Shown here: positions 1 through 12,948 of the stretch, piece after piece
How the letters are laid out: each line of letters starts with the position of its first letter
Position numbering within the stretch: the stretch's first letter is position 1
Assembly (NCBI RefSeq): GCF_006345805.1
Contig: NC_042997.1
Location: 69,750,001-69,814,000 of the forward strand
DNA from: Octopus sinensis
Lineage: Eukaryota
DNA: 64,000 nucleotides
Direction: 5' to 3'
The notes under the pieces: generated by a model
The model's input: only the letters and a program-made list of their open reading frames with translations
Databases searched by the model: none
Told to the model about the DNA's origin: nothing
Program-made: the position numbers and the translations under genes

Positions 1-60
1 TATTACCCACAACCAGGAATTTTTCAACACCCCACCCACGTATATCTCTACACAGACATA

Positions 61-93
<33 letters not shown>

Positions 94-94
<1 letters not shown>

Positions 95-414
95 AGAGTA
101 AGGGCCCTTTCGGTCATAAATGACCATGGGATTTTACCTAGAAAGTTCACCTCAGAGGCACAATTCCAGGCAAGGTTGTCTATGGAAGACCAGCAATCGC
201 CCATGCATACCCGTTTCCCCTCTCCACGCCACTGATGTTATCCAAAGGAAAGGCAAAGACTGATACAGTTTGGCACCAGTGACATCGCGACTCATTTCTA
301 CAACTGAGTGAACTGGAGCAACGTGAAATAAAGTGTCTTGCTCAAGAGCACAACACAACACACAACTCGGTCCGGAAATTGAACTCACTACCTTTAATTA
401 CTGAGACATGCGCC
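94..414 (-). mobile_element. tRNA-derived SINE (family D), near full length
   Basis: Minus strand reads B-box-like GAGTTCAATTTCC, then GTGCTCTTGAGCAAGACACTTTATTTCAC (CORE-type SINE motif), a unique body and a tail ending next to (TA)n. ORF 152..388 is incidental. Confidence 0.7.
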
Positions 415-629
415 TTCACTTATATATATGTGTGTGTATGCGTGTGTGTGTGTGAGTGTGTATGTATGTGGGTGTGTGTGCATGTGCGCGCGTGTGTGTA
501 CCGTTTTATTTCAGGCAATTACATAAACCAGTGGCGTTTGAAATGTTTCAAAGTTATTCATGAGATGCATTTTGTTACAACGAGATATTTTGAAAAATTA
601 CCTTTTTTTTAATCTTCTGCAAAATAAAT

Positions 630-650
630 GCCTACTTAGGTTTATATAAA

Positions 651-700
<50 letters not shown>

Positions 701-759
701 TATATACATATATGTATGTATGTATGTATGTATATATGTATGTATGTATGTATGTATGT

Positions 760-810
<51 letters not shown>

Positions 811-900
811 TGAGAAAGTGGCAGACAGATAGCTTGGGAGATAGATATAATGATATAAATATACATATATATATATATATATATACATAAATATATATGT
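630..900. repeat. Compound microsatellite (TA)n-(TATG)n-(TG)n-(GA)n
   Basis: Directly visible; explains ORFs 598..888 and 654..866. Confidence 0.95.
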
Positions 901-1542
901 ACTTATCTTTTATACATAAAAATAAATATATATATCTATGTACATGTGTGTGCGTGTTTGTGAGTGTGTGTGTTTATATGTATGTGTGTGCATACCTGAT
1001 AAATTAAAAGGTGTTTTATAAGTAATGAATAGTTATAAAACATTTTCAAAACGAAGGAAAACACTCGTTGGTATGCTTGTCGGTATCTTGACATGAAAAT
1101 GTATGACCTTCCTCTTGATCAATTAATTTCATACATATGCAACCAGGATTACCCAATAGCATGAACAATTGAATGCATCATTGATGCAGTTTCAGCAAAT
1201 ATATTTCAATATTTTACAAGACATCTGGAAATAATGTGTTTTGACACTAATAATCTAATCTACTCGAATAATATTTTTTCTGAAATAGTAATATTAGTTA
1301 TGGAAATATACATAAAAGAAGTACTGCATACAGTAATTAATTCATGCATCAACGCAGTATATTTGGGACTAAAATTGTAAAGTGAGTTTATTAAACATAT
1401 TCTTAGCATACTTGTAAGATAAAAACATCGCGTGAGAACAAGATTTTCGTCAACTGTAGAGGACGGTCGGAGAGACATGTTTCAGCTTCGTTAAACACTC
1501 GTCAGATTTCGTTACTATATTCACAATCACATTTGCTTTCGA

Positions 1543-1600
1543 CACTGGTTCTCAAACATTTTGTTTTTGTGGTACACTTTTGACTACGAAAATTGTGTAT
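1543..1600 (+). mobile_element. Isolated hAT-like terminal inverted repeat fragment
   Basis: CACTGGTTCTCAAAC resembles the CAGTGGTTCTCAAAC terminus of hAT/Charlie MITEs; no partner end found nearby. Confidence 0.35.
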
Positions 1601-3035
1601 GTAAAGTGGAAATTTAAAAGCAAAATCTTTATTTTAAAGTTAAAACTTTGAAAAAGTATAGAAGTATTTTGCTTGAATTTTTGTTCTATTTATCATATTT
1701 GTGTATAACAAAATTATGAACAATTCCAAGACGCTCTTACATTAGTATGGACTCTCGGGATTATACATTAGTTTATGTTAGTTCTCTACTAGTTCTTCCA
1801 TGTGACATTATTTAATCTCTTTTATTTCTAAATTTTTTGCTATGAAGGATTTTACTTCTGTCGTTAGTGTTCTCGTCTCTCTACAACAATACAAAGTTAC
1901 AAACTTCACTAAATGATTTTTAATGGCGTGGGTCATTACTAGTTCGTTCATGTGCTTGATATTATTTATTTTATATTCTATTCTACCAATACTTTTAGCA
2001 GTAAAACTGCACAATTGCTAACCAGCAAGCAGAAATAGTTCTAGAACTCACAAATAATGTTTCTAGATGTTTTTTTGTTGAATTTTGTTTAAAGAATTTT
2101 GATTCAATATCCAAAGTATTTACTAGTTCAGTTTATGCTATAATGAGCCAGCTGTTACTCTCGAACGAGTATGAACTAGTAACATTTATATCGTTTTCAC
2201 TACTTGTTTTAAGTGCCAATGCAGTCACCAGCAGATACAGACATCCTCATAACCCTCATACCCATTAGCATAACGGTACGTAGGGAGAATCTTCTCAGAC
2301 GGAAATGAGTACCAGCACACCGTTGTATTAATTTTCAGCTGAGTAGACTGGAGTAACATAAAATGCACCGCGCGATCCGGGAATTATGATCGTGATCCGA
2401 AGCCTTCTAACCGCTCGGTGATTCATCTATGGTTTATACTACTTACTATACTCTACACATTTTAAAATAGTTTGGTAAAACACTTCAGCAACTATTTGAT
2501 ATAAGTATTCCATTACTCGAAAATTTTAAAATTTCCTAATGAGATCGTTATATATTAAAACAGGCATAGAATTTTTAAAAATCATTCTGTTTTGAAATAC
2601 AGTTTCCTACAAATCCAATGAAGTCTCCACCAGATAAAAGAACAAGTTACTTCGGAGGACGATTAGAACTCTGAAGCAAAACTGAGTAACTAAATAACGA
2701 AGAAAAAGTATTTAGGCTGATGGTCTATAGGTTTGCTGCTTCATTTATCTCTGGTACGAATCCACAAAATTGTTGTACGTGTGATGTTGTACAGGAACCA
2801 AATGCTTCTTATCTACTTATTCTATCGATCATAGATGACGGAAAGGCGAAGTCAGTTTAGCTTGGATATCAAATTAGAATATAGAATGTGGAATCCAAGT
2901 AGAATAAAATGCTTATCAATCTGATAATACCTGCATTGTTGCCTGCGATTCCCCGTCTTCCTCTATACTTTAAATATCGATTAGAAGCATTGTATTACAT
3001 ACATATATGCACACACACTCACACATATATATTTG

Positions 3036-3118
3036 GCGTGTGTGCCAAAACTGATTTCAACTGACCAAAAAGACACCTCCTTGATTGTGTCGAGAACGAT
3101 GATAACTTTATGAAAACT
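3036..3118 (+). pseudogene. Mirror (inverted) copy of a mariner transposase fragment
   Basis: Reverse complement of 3469-3573 with one 22-nt internal deletion; encodes RVCAK..LISTDQKDT..LLDCVENDDNFMKT. Confidence 0.85.
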
Positions 3119-3468
3119 TTTCGTTTTGGGATTTATGTGAGTTCGTGTGTTGAAGCATATACTGTTGTGTCTGGGGACAGTCATCCTCTTTTAGTGCCTT
3201 ATAATTTAACACACCTGAAAATTCCCACTTATTTCTTTTTTATTTTTTTATTTTTCTAAAATCTTCGTTGTGTCTTGCAACATTTGAAAAGTTGGCAAAA
3301 CGCAACGAAAATTTTAGAAAAATAATAAAGAAATAATTGAAAATTTTACCGTTGAGTATGTTAAATTATAAGGCACTAAAAGATAATGATTCTCCCCAGG
3401 CACAACAGAATATGCTTCAACACACGAACTCACATAAAGAATCTTATAAACTAAATCCCAAAACGAAA
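3119..3468. mobile_element. Palindromic (foldback/MITE-like) element, ends TTTCGTTTTGGGATT...AATCCCAAAACGAAA
   Basis: Arms are reverse complements along their length (e.g. TTAGTGCCTTATAATTTAAC / GTTAAATTATAAGGCACTAA); a second partial copy lies at 28661-28908. Confidence 0.85.
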
Positions 3469-3873
3469 AGTTTTCATAAAGTTTTCATCGTTCTCGACAC
3501 AATCAAGGAGATTTTGTGCAACAGAAACCCGAGTGTCTTTTTGGTCAGCTGAAATCAGTTTTGGCACACACGCGTCTCATGCCCAAATCTTCAGTGATAA
3601 TGAAATGAACTGAACCGTAACTAATCTGCACATCCTTTTATATAACTCACGGATGGTGATTCGATGATTTCCTCTCATAGCTGAAAGCACATCTGCGATG
3701 TTTTTCTCAGTTCTGCTGGTTGTTGTTCTAGCGGAACGCTCGTTACTCGCCACTTTGGAAACGTCTGAACCACTCGTACACTTGTGTGCGTCTCATACAC
3801 TCCTCCCCATACACTTTCTGTAATTTTGCGTAGGCCTCTGAGCAGGTATCACCATGATAACCTTCTCTGTCAT
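3469..3873 (-). pseudogene. Mariner transposase relic, N-terminal HTH to just before the first catalytic Asp
   Basis: Manual translation across frameshifts: MTEK..GDTCSEAYAKLQKVYGEECMRRTQVYEWFRRFQSG..TTSRTEKNIADVLSAMRGNHRITIREL..DVQISYGSVHFIITEDLGMRRVCAK..LISADQKDTRVSVAQNLLDCVENDENFMKT, matching the mariner N-terminal pattern. Confidence 0.85.
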
Positions 3874-4094
3874 AGTTAATGCGACGATCACACGTTACAC
3901 ATGTTACTTGGAGGAACTGTTATAAACAGCAGAAGTGAGCTAGAACGTCAAAAATTAGTGCACATGCACAGCAGAGGTCAACGTCAATCTGTGCCAAGTG
4001 ACTTTACTTTGCATCTTTAGCTTCGTTATTATGGCAACAGTCAGGATACTTATTGATCAGACCTCGTATGTTAACATATATCTCTCTCTCCTTT

Positions 4095-4240
4095 TACATA
4101 CATACATACATACCTACATACATACAAGCATACATGCATACATGCATACATACATCATACATACATACATACATACATACATACATACATACATACATAC
4201 ATACATACATACATACATACATGCATGCATATATATATAT
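4095..4240. repeat. (CATA)n microsatellite
   Basis: Directly visible. Confidence 0.95.
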
Positions 4241-6636
4241 ATGAGTATTTGTATGTGTGCATATACGTGTATGAATATATATTTGTGTGTGTACGTATGC
4301 GTGGTAGTATTTATTGCAAATATGCATTTGGTTACTATTTATTCAAATGAAATGTTATAACATGAAGATATAAACTACTAAAGTTCTCTCACTTCGCTTA
4401 TCTTAAAACTATCATAATACGTCAGAGCACTGTTTCATTTATTATTTTAAACGTTTTTATGGGTTTATATTACACATTCTTTATACCTACTCAGTAAACA
4501 TAGAAGTTCAGGTATGCATACATCCTTAGTAGTTTTTTTTTAATCTAGCGATTGTGTATTAAGATTCAGGGCCGATAGATAACCCTTTATTTTGCATCAG
4601 CTTCGGTATCATTCTGGTTTCTTTTGTGTCACCCTCTACTTCTCTACTTCTCAATGAGCATTAATGCTTTCGCAGCCCAGAACGTACATCAGAAACGAAA
4701 TATTCCCATCCGCAAGTCTTCTTTATTTTTCCGCTTACGAGGCATCGTCTTCTCTGAACCGAGCACTAATTTCATGTACTATGAAAAACTTCTGTGACGT
4801 GAACGAGATAAAAAGATCTGATTCAACATAATAAAGACGCAAATGTTACATATTCGTGACCAACACAGCTAAATCCATCAAGCTATATATTAATAACAGG
4901 CATTAAAGTTTTAAGTGATATCAAATAATTTCAGCCTTCTGGTATGGACAATATCAGTTTTAGGAGCGTTCTAAAATACATTATAAACATACTATAAACA
5001 TACGCTAATATTTATTTTAAAAAATCAACTTTTCGTTGGGCAGCTTTATAGCGGTGAACCACATCGTTCATCTGTGTGCTACCAGCAAATGACTGGAGCT
5101 ATCCGTCGCGGTCATGAGCATTCTCACATGTTTTTCAGTCTCTTTAAAAATCCAAGTTATTCGTGGTACCTCATCTAAATTTTCTATCTTTAATATCACA
5201 TCTTCTTTAACATACTTTTTGTAAGGGAAAATTTAAATTAAGCTACATGGACTGGAGCGAATTGCAGAAATATCATTTAGCAGGAATTGAAAATTAAAAA
5301 ATCTGATGAAGTTAAACACTTTTGTAGAAGACAATAATAAAGTATTATTAGAATCGTGTAAACAACTAAATTGCCCCACAATACTGTATATGTTATAAGT
5401 CCAAATCCCACCAGAATCTATTCTGCCTCTTATCAACCATGACACGTTAAACTAAATACCATACGATGTTTCAACTGGAAATTAAGGGCGAGACAATCCT
5501 TGCAACGAAAACATTTTGCGGACAGTAATATTTAAGCTAGTTAAGTTTGATTATAGGTAATGGGGATAAATAATATTTTCCAAGAAATACGGAAAGCATA
5601 GAGTGATCGATAGTCAATAGAGACTGAATCTATATAGAGAATAGGAAATTTCTCAGGGATGTCTTCTGCTTCGAGAACATGTAGCTAAAGTGCAATCTAA
5701 TGTGAACCAAAAATAATCTTTAATCAATTCACACCGTACGTTAAACCCGTAATGTGATGATTCACGGAGTAATTTACCGTCTTTATTTTAAAGTTGCTGT
5801 CTGAATTTTCACACAAGACCTACACTCTTTCAGTCGTTTTTGCACGTACATGTTAGAGTATAGCTTGTTGGGAAGGTCTAATACGGCCGAGGTATGTTTA
5901 CAGTGGTCACTTTACCTACCACAGATCAGTAACACTTTCACTTCCCACTGCATATAATGTTTATTAGATAATTTTTCAGAGTTCTTCCCTCTTGGCCTCC
6001 TTTAAAACATTGCCGTTAAATTTACCGAGATTTCATTGAAGCTAAAATTCCAATTAATTACGCACTTGATAACATATATTGTATGCTACCAATAGGAGTG
6101 TTATTAGTCGTAGATATTATTCAGTATCAATGGCTTAGATTAACTATAGGTTGTGAAGTGATGATATAATGAATGAAGCTATAGTTATCTTGCAATGCCG
6201 AATTATAATGCAAAATTTAGCTTCAAGAAAGTACCCCGAACTCACCTGTTTAAATTTTTCTTTAAAACCATATTGATACTTTGATAATGCAAAACAAAAG
6301 ACGGAAGTGTACAATGGATTGTGTGATCTGTACTGGCAAATGACTTCAGAATCTTACTTTCTATAATTGAGAGAATTAATGGCAAATGTTGTTATATGAT
6401 TGTAAATAGTGTTACTAGGGGTCATATATTTATTAACATAAATAGATTATAAAAGGAAGAGTTAGCGATAAAGCTCAGGAATCTTATCAAATGATAAATG
6501 CTCAGTAAATTAGTGTTAGTATTTGATAAACTATGTAGACACTCAGAGTCGAAGGTAAGCACGAAAGTCTTTTTCTTGTCCAGTAATACCGAAGACGAGT
6601 AAATATACTCAATCAGCATGAATTAAAGTCACACAC

Positions 6637-6667
<31 letters not shown>

Positions 6668-6775
6668 TGTATGTATGTATGTATGTATGTATGTATGTAT
6701 GTATGCATTTATGCATGTATGTATGTATGTGTATGTATGTATGTATGTATGTATGTATGTATGTATGTATGTATG
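6637..6775. repeat. (TATG)n microsatellite
   Basis: Directly visible; resumes at 7115 after an inserted element. Confidence 0.95.
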
Positions 6776-7114
6776 CGCGGGGTCATAGAAATAATCGGAC
6801 TGAATACCCGATCGCGCGGTTAAACCATTGGGAGTGAAGGACTCCTAGCCTTTGTTAGGGCATCCTTCTAGGAGAAGGTAACTTAGGTAACTGGGATAAC
6901 TCCGACATTAAACCTGCGGCTCAGTGGTTACCAATGATGTTGACTTGTTCTTCTTTTCGGATTATGACTACTGTTGCTTAGTGAGTGGGATTATTGACTC
7001 AGTGCACAGCCTTTCCTCACTTAAAAAAAATCTTCTTGCACAGGCATTGCACGATAACAACATTGATTAAGCTTCGTGCAATGGCCATACTCGATAATGA
7101 GGGGGCAGCCACCA
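6776..7114 (+). mobile_element. Retroelement-like fragment embedded in a (TATG)n array
   Basis: GC-richer unique sequence flanked by TATG repeats on both sides; CTAGCCTTTGTTAGGGCATCCTTCTAGGAGAAGG resembles RTE-type 5' UTR/SINE sequence from memory. Confidence 0.4.
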
Positions 7115-7232
7115 TATGTATGTATGTTTTCTTTTTTTAGTTATTTAAATTCTTCCTCTGAAGAAGAAGCCGTACCACCATTGAAATGTAAATTCTAAAA
7201 AGAATGTCACATTTTAAACTTATATATATATG

Positions 7233-8495
7233 CAGATTATACAGAAGTAAGGAACGTTTTGAAACATGAAATTCATCACAATATATTTCAACGCGAAAAT
7301 TTTATTCATTAAAGTAAGTACTATTACAATCAACAGATGTTTGCTAACAAGTTACAAGTTTGTTAATTACGGTAACATAAAGATCTGGAGTTCTGGAGCT
7401 GATGAACTCTTTGAACACTCTTTCAGCATCCGTTTGGTTTTTGAACTCCTCTTGCAGGAAACCATCAAGATGCTTGGAAAAGTGATAGTCGTTAGGAGGA
7501 AGGCTTGGGTGTAAGCTGGGTGGAGAAGAACTTCGTAGCCAATTTCCCTCAACTTTTAGAGCGACATTAGTGAAATGTGTGGTCAAGCATTGTCATGGAG
7601 AATTACTGGCCCTCTTCTATTGACTAGTCTGGGACGGAGAAGTAGTTTTTCGTTCATATTGACAATATCATGGAAATGTGCTTCTGCAGTAATGATTTTT
7701 CCGGGTTTTGAGAAGTTATAGTGGATGAATCCAGTAGTACTCCACCAAACAGTCACCATAATCTTCTTTTTGAAGAACTCGGGTTTAGGGAAGACTTTTG
7801 GTGCTTCATTTTAGGTCCAACCATTGCCGAGAACGTTTTTCATCAATGTACAGAATCCACTTTCATCGCAAGTTACAATATAGTCGAGAAATGATCGGTC
7901 TGGTTACGGTGAAGCGACGAACAAATTTAATATCTGCGCATTTTCTGATTTTCATTTAAATCGTGTGGTACCCATTTGTCGAGCTTTTTTGATTTTCCGA
8001 TCGTATGCAAAATAGTTGTAGGCAGTTTTCTGGCTAACTTGAAGTTCTTTTGTCAGTTCTTGAATGGCTTTACGTGGATATTTCTCAATGACGGCTTTAA
8101 TTGACCGTCGTCGATGACAGATGGGCGTCCACTATGCTCACGATCATTAAGGCCCAGGTCTCCACCGTGAAATCGTTTAAACAATTTTCGAGCAGACTAC
8201 TCAGTGGCCATTTCCTCATAAAACGTTTCGTTGATATCGCGAGCAGTTACAACTGCTTTACGTCCTTTTTTGAAGTTCAATTGCAAAATTTCTCGAATAT
8301 CGCGCTTTGGCAGTTCTATTTCAGATGATTGTAACAACGGTGAAAGAAATATCAATGTTAATTTATTGATGCATTTGTGCAAGTCTATGTCTGTACAGAC
8401 TATTGCAAATAAATGTTTAAAAAAATTAAAAACTCTGCAAAATCCAGTACAAATTTTTCATGGTTTAAAATGCTGCTTACTTTTTACCCAACCTG
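7233..8495 (-). mobile_element. Near full-length (~1.26 kb) degraded mariner element
   Basis: ORF pieces ELPKRDIREIL..FKKGRKAVVTARDINETF (N-term) and IGYEVLLHPAY / PNDYHFSKHLDGFLQ..FKEFISSRTPDLY..INKL (C-term, HPPYSPDLAP-like region). Right TIR reads CAGGTTGGGTAAAAAGTAAGCAGCATTTT on the minus strand, followed by TA; left TIR is degenerate. Many stops and frameshifts. Confidence 0.9.
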
Positions 8496-8535
8496 ATATA
8501 TATATATATATATATAAAACTTACTTAGAAATGAA

Positions 8536-8569
<34 letters not shown>

Positions 8570-8575
8570 AGATCG

Positions 8576-8735
8576 CTAGCCACTAAACCTTTTTTATTTT
8601 CTCTCCCTATTTATTTCTGTGTTCCTTTCTGTGGAAGAGCGTAGGCTCGAAACGTAAAAGACTTTCTCACTTCCCGAGCGTTAAACTAATACATCTGTTT
8701 GTTATTTACACACTCGTCTTCGTCTTTTTTTTTGT
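8576..8735 (+). mobile_element. Penelope-type terminal-repeat fragment with hammerhead-like motif
   Basis: CTTT-CTGTGGAA-GAGC-GTAG-GCTC-GAAAC-GTA-AAAG at 8625-8660; related motif at 38321-38355. Confidence 0.5.
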
Positions 8736-8776
8736 AAATTCTCACTATATATATGTGTGTGTGTGTGTATGTGTAA

Positions 8777-8807
<31 letters not shown>

Positions 8808-8977
8808 GGCGCAGGAGTGGCTGTGTGGTAAGTAGCTTGCTAACCAACCACATGGTTCCGGGTTCAGTACCACTGCGTGGCATCTTGGGCAAGTGTCTTC
8901 TGCTATAGCCCCGGGCTGACCAATGCTTGTGAGTGGATTTAGTAGACGGAAACTGAAAGAAGCCTGTCGTATATATG

Positions 8978-9030
<53 letters not shown>

Positions 9031-9246
9031 CATGTATTTGTGTGTCTGTGTTTGTCTCCCTAGGATTGCTTGACAACCGATGCTGGTGTGTTTACATCCC
9101 CGTCACTTAGCGGTTCGGCAAAAGAGTCCGATAGAATAAGTACTGGGCTTACAAAGAATAAGTCCCGGGGTCGATTTGCTCGACTAAAGGCGGTGCTCCA
9201 GCATGGCCACAGTCAAATGACTGAAACAAGTAAAAGAGTAAAAGAG
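8808..9246 (+). mobile_element. Composite tRNA-derived SINE (family A) with internal (TA)n tract, full length
   Basis: tRNA-like head (GGCTGTGTGG..GGGTTCAGTACC), CTTGGGCAAGTGTCTT core, internal microsatellite, tail GGCGGTGCTCCAGCATGGCC..GAAACAAGTAAAAGAGTAAAAGAG; about 15 partial copies in the window. Confidence 0.9.
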
Positions 9247-9296
9247 TATACATATATATATATGTATATATATATATATTATATATATATATATTA

Positions 9297-9386
<90 letters not shown>

Positions 9387-9552
9387 TATTATGTATGTAT
9401 ATATGTATGTAAATATTTTATTTTGCTTATCGTGGACAAGTCAGTTTCTTGGAACTCAGAGTTTCACCTGGAGGTACACAAGATCTTCAAGAAGCTTGTC
9501 ATTGGAAAATCGAGAGAGTTTGCTAGCATTTTATATAAACATGTCTGTATGT

Positions 9553-9587
<35 letters not shown>

Positions 9588-10092
9588 CACATACACACAC
9601 ACAGAACCCCTACTCCACACCCATACATATTCATGCATGCCACATATCGCTATCAAGATAAGTAGAAAGGAGTGCAAAAGATTAAAAGAAACTTCTTGAT
9701 GAAACGGAAGTGTAACCTAAGTAGCAAGAGAAGAAAAGCTGTTTACATTTCTGCACAGAAAATTAAGGGAATCGCAAGAATACCAAAATTCAAATTTGTT
9801 TCATATTTTATTACGAACATAATGCAGAAGATTCATTTGCCCAAATTGCACAATTTTCTTAAACAGTATTGGGACTTTATTTTAAAAAAAAGTTATTCTT
9901 CTTAATTTCTGTTTTTATCTACCCTACTCTTCTGCTATGATATATGTGTGTGTGTGTCCATACAGATATAGCCTATGAATGCATATGAATATATGCATAC
10001 GCTGCCGTCTATGTATATGTGTATGTTTATATATGTGTATATCTTTGTGTTTGTACATGTGTATTTGTGCGTGCGTAAATTTGTATGTGTGC

Positions 10093-10127
<35 letters not shown>

Positions 10128-10171
10128 CAAGTATACATATACAATACATATATATACATATAAATATAAAC

Positions 10172-10217
<46 letters not shown>

Positions 10218-10249
10218 CATATATATATACACACATATATATTATATAT

Positions 10250-10296
<47 letters not shown>

Positions 10297-11242
10297 GCAT
10301 ACACACTCTCACACATGCATATATTCATACATAGACATATATATACGCATGTTTTTGTGTGTTTGTAAGAAACTAAATACGCTTTTAGAAATACAGACAA
10401 CCAAAGTCTAGTAGAGCCACAAATAACGTCAGAAAAGCCCTGCACAATACGATAACCTTTCTAACAGATGTTTTAGAAAGCAGTACTCTGGAATGTTTCA
10501 CTCTACAACCATGCGGCTGGCTATTTCACAGTAAGTGACTTAACTAAATGATTGTTAGAATTTAGGCCTAGGGACAGTGTCTTAACTACAAAGTTCAGGA
10601 TGTCCACGGTTGAAAATTCTTTTTCTCATATGTGCATTACAACAGTACTGGCTTAAACCTAAACAATAATATTATATAATTGGGCTGTCGCAGTGCCTTT
10701 TTGATTGTTGGTAGAAATGAGGATCTTGTGATTAGCTAAAGAGCTAATATTTCAGAAATATTTATACCATGAATCCATTTATTTTAATTGACTTAAGACA
10801 TTAGATTCATATCCACAGGAAAGTTGACCTCAGATTTATGATTCAGTAATATTAGCATCTGATGCAAGATTTTTGAAAGAATATCTACAAAAAGTATACC
10901 TTAAAATGTGGATGTATTCTCTAATAGAAGAACGTTTTACATTTAGTGGATATTAACAATTCCTAAGGGTGATATATCATCATAGATTTCGTGATAACAA
11001 AACAATGTAATATCTTGCCAGTTTGGGTAATTGCAGTCTGTTATTGTTTTTATTCTTAGTGTTTACAGTAATCTTTGACTCGGCTTTCAGAATCGCTATT
11101 GCATTACCATTTGTGGAATAAATGTTTATATGCAAACAGATATTTAATAAAACATTGTCTACTTGACGAAGCATACCTTTCGAAGTATTAATTATCTCAT
11201 GTGTAAAAAATGAGGAAATATTGATAAATTGCTTCATAACAA

Positions 11243-11243
<1 letters not shown>

Positions 11244-11317
<74 letters not shown>

Positions 11318-11324
11318 ACTACTA

Positions 11325-11359
<35 letters not shown>

Positions 11360-11382
11360 ACTACTTCTACTACTAATACTAG

Positions 11383-11417
<35 letters not shown>

Positions 11418-11490
11418 ATAATAATAATAATAATAATGATGATGATGATGATAATGATAACAACAACAACAACAATAATAATAATAAGAT
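11244..11490. repeat. Compound trinucleotide repeat (CTA/CTG/AAT/GAT/CAA)
   Basis: Directly visible; explains poly-L/poly-V ORFs. Confidence 0.95.
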
Positions 11491-12613
11491 ATGGCTATGA
11501 TAAAGTATTTATAAATTATTAAATCATCCTCACTAATTCCTGGAATTCTTACATTTGTAGCGAATCCTAGAAATTAAAAGTATTTTTTCTCCATAATAAC
11601 AATTTGACACCTCTCACAGCAGTACTGATTTGAGGCCTTGTGGGAAATAGAAGAGTGCAGTTGATTGAATCGACACCTGTGTATACCTAGTATGAGTTTC
11701 TTTCACCAATAACGTATTGAAAAACAAAACTGATTCTGACAGTGTTCGCATGTCGAAGAATAAAACTAAATATTGTCAATTTGTTGTACGATGAACTATT
11801 ATTTACACCATAGCACTAACTTACTGATATCTTAATCATTCATTGCGGTGATTTATTCAGTAGAACAAGAGCTAAGCTCATAGTGTCAAGTGCATGTTAG
11901 ATTTTCTATTTCATGTCATTATCTTTTGCCGAAATTGTTGATGCTTTATGGAAAGTTATGAACATTATAACTTTTTCTTCATATAATAATATAACCTAAT
12001 AAAGTGACATGAATAATAATACATTTTAATTTTGGGTGATTTAATCGGAAAAATTATATGCAATTATAAGAACTTAGGCAAAATATGTAAAGTGATATCA
12101 ATAAATAAAAACAAAGAGATGTGTTATCTTTAGGTTGATTAATGTTGCTATAACATTTCGGAAAAGTTACCCCTTATCAAATGGAAGAAAGATAACAAAG
12201 AAAAGAAAAAAAACAAGAGTTCGGCAAAATAGCATTAGTATCTAATTTTACTCTAAATTGAATCACGAGATAAAGATGCGTGTATTAAACAGAATGCAAA
12301 TAATAATTGAATTTGATTTTCAAAACCAATTTTTGTTTATTATTAACCTTCTTATGTAGCGAATTTACTTTTGAAATTAGAAAGATTATCACTTGTTCAT
12401 TAACTTAAATAGTATTCAAAGATAATAAATTGACAAGACAATGATCCTTCCGATTCAGAAATCCAGCCAAATCGAAACCATACCAAACCAAATCTAGGAA
12501 GTACCAAATTCCAATGAGAAATTCTAAAAATTGAATTTCGATAATTCAAAGTACATCCCATTATATGAATTAAAACGATTAAAAGTTACATGAATATGGA
12601 TAACACTTTACCA

Positions 12614-12790
12614 TACTTAGCGGCATTTCGTCCGTCATTACGTTCCGAGTTCAAATTCACCGTGGTCGACTTTGTCTTTCATCATTTTGGAGTCGATAAA
12701 ATAAGTAAGTTGAGTACTGAGGCCAATGTAATCAACTTACACCGCTCCCGAACTAGCTAGCCTTGTGCCAAAATTTTAAAACCAATATTG
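12614..12790 (+). mobile_element. SINE family B (Nin/Deu-like central domain), 5'-truncated
   Basis: CTTAGCGGCATTTCGTCC..GAGTTCAAATT..GGTCGACTTTG.CTTTCATC..GTCGATAAAATAAGT..GTGCCAAAATTT.AAACC. Confidence 0.85.
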
Positions 12791-12802
12791 TACCATCATA
12801 TT

Positions 12803-12948
12803 AAATCGTTAACACACCGGGTAAAATGCTTAGTGGCATTTCGTCAGTCTTTACGTTCTGAAGGTCAACTTTGCCTTTCATTCATTTCGGTGACGATAAA
12901 AGAAGTCTCCGAAATTGCTGGTCCTGTGTGAAAATTTGAAACCAATAT
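12803..12948 (+). mobile_element. SINE family B, internally deleted copy in tandem with the previous one
   Basis: Same motifs, 13 bp downstream of the previous copy. Confidence 0.8.

Noticed and set aside
7140-7200. CTGAAGAAG...GAAATGT hammerhead-like string
   Set aside because: Stem II does not pair and GAAAC is altered; too degenerate to call.
9070-9699. Longest ORF (209 aa)
   Set aside because: Composed of a SINE tail, (TA)n and (CA)n; not a gene.
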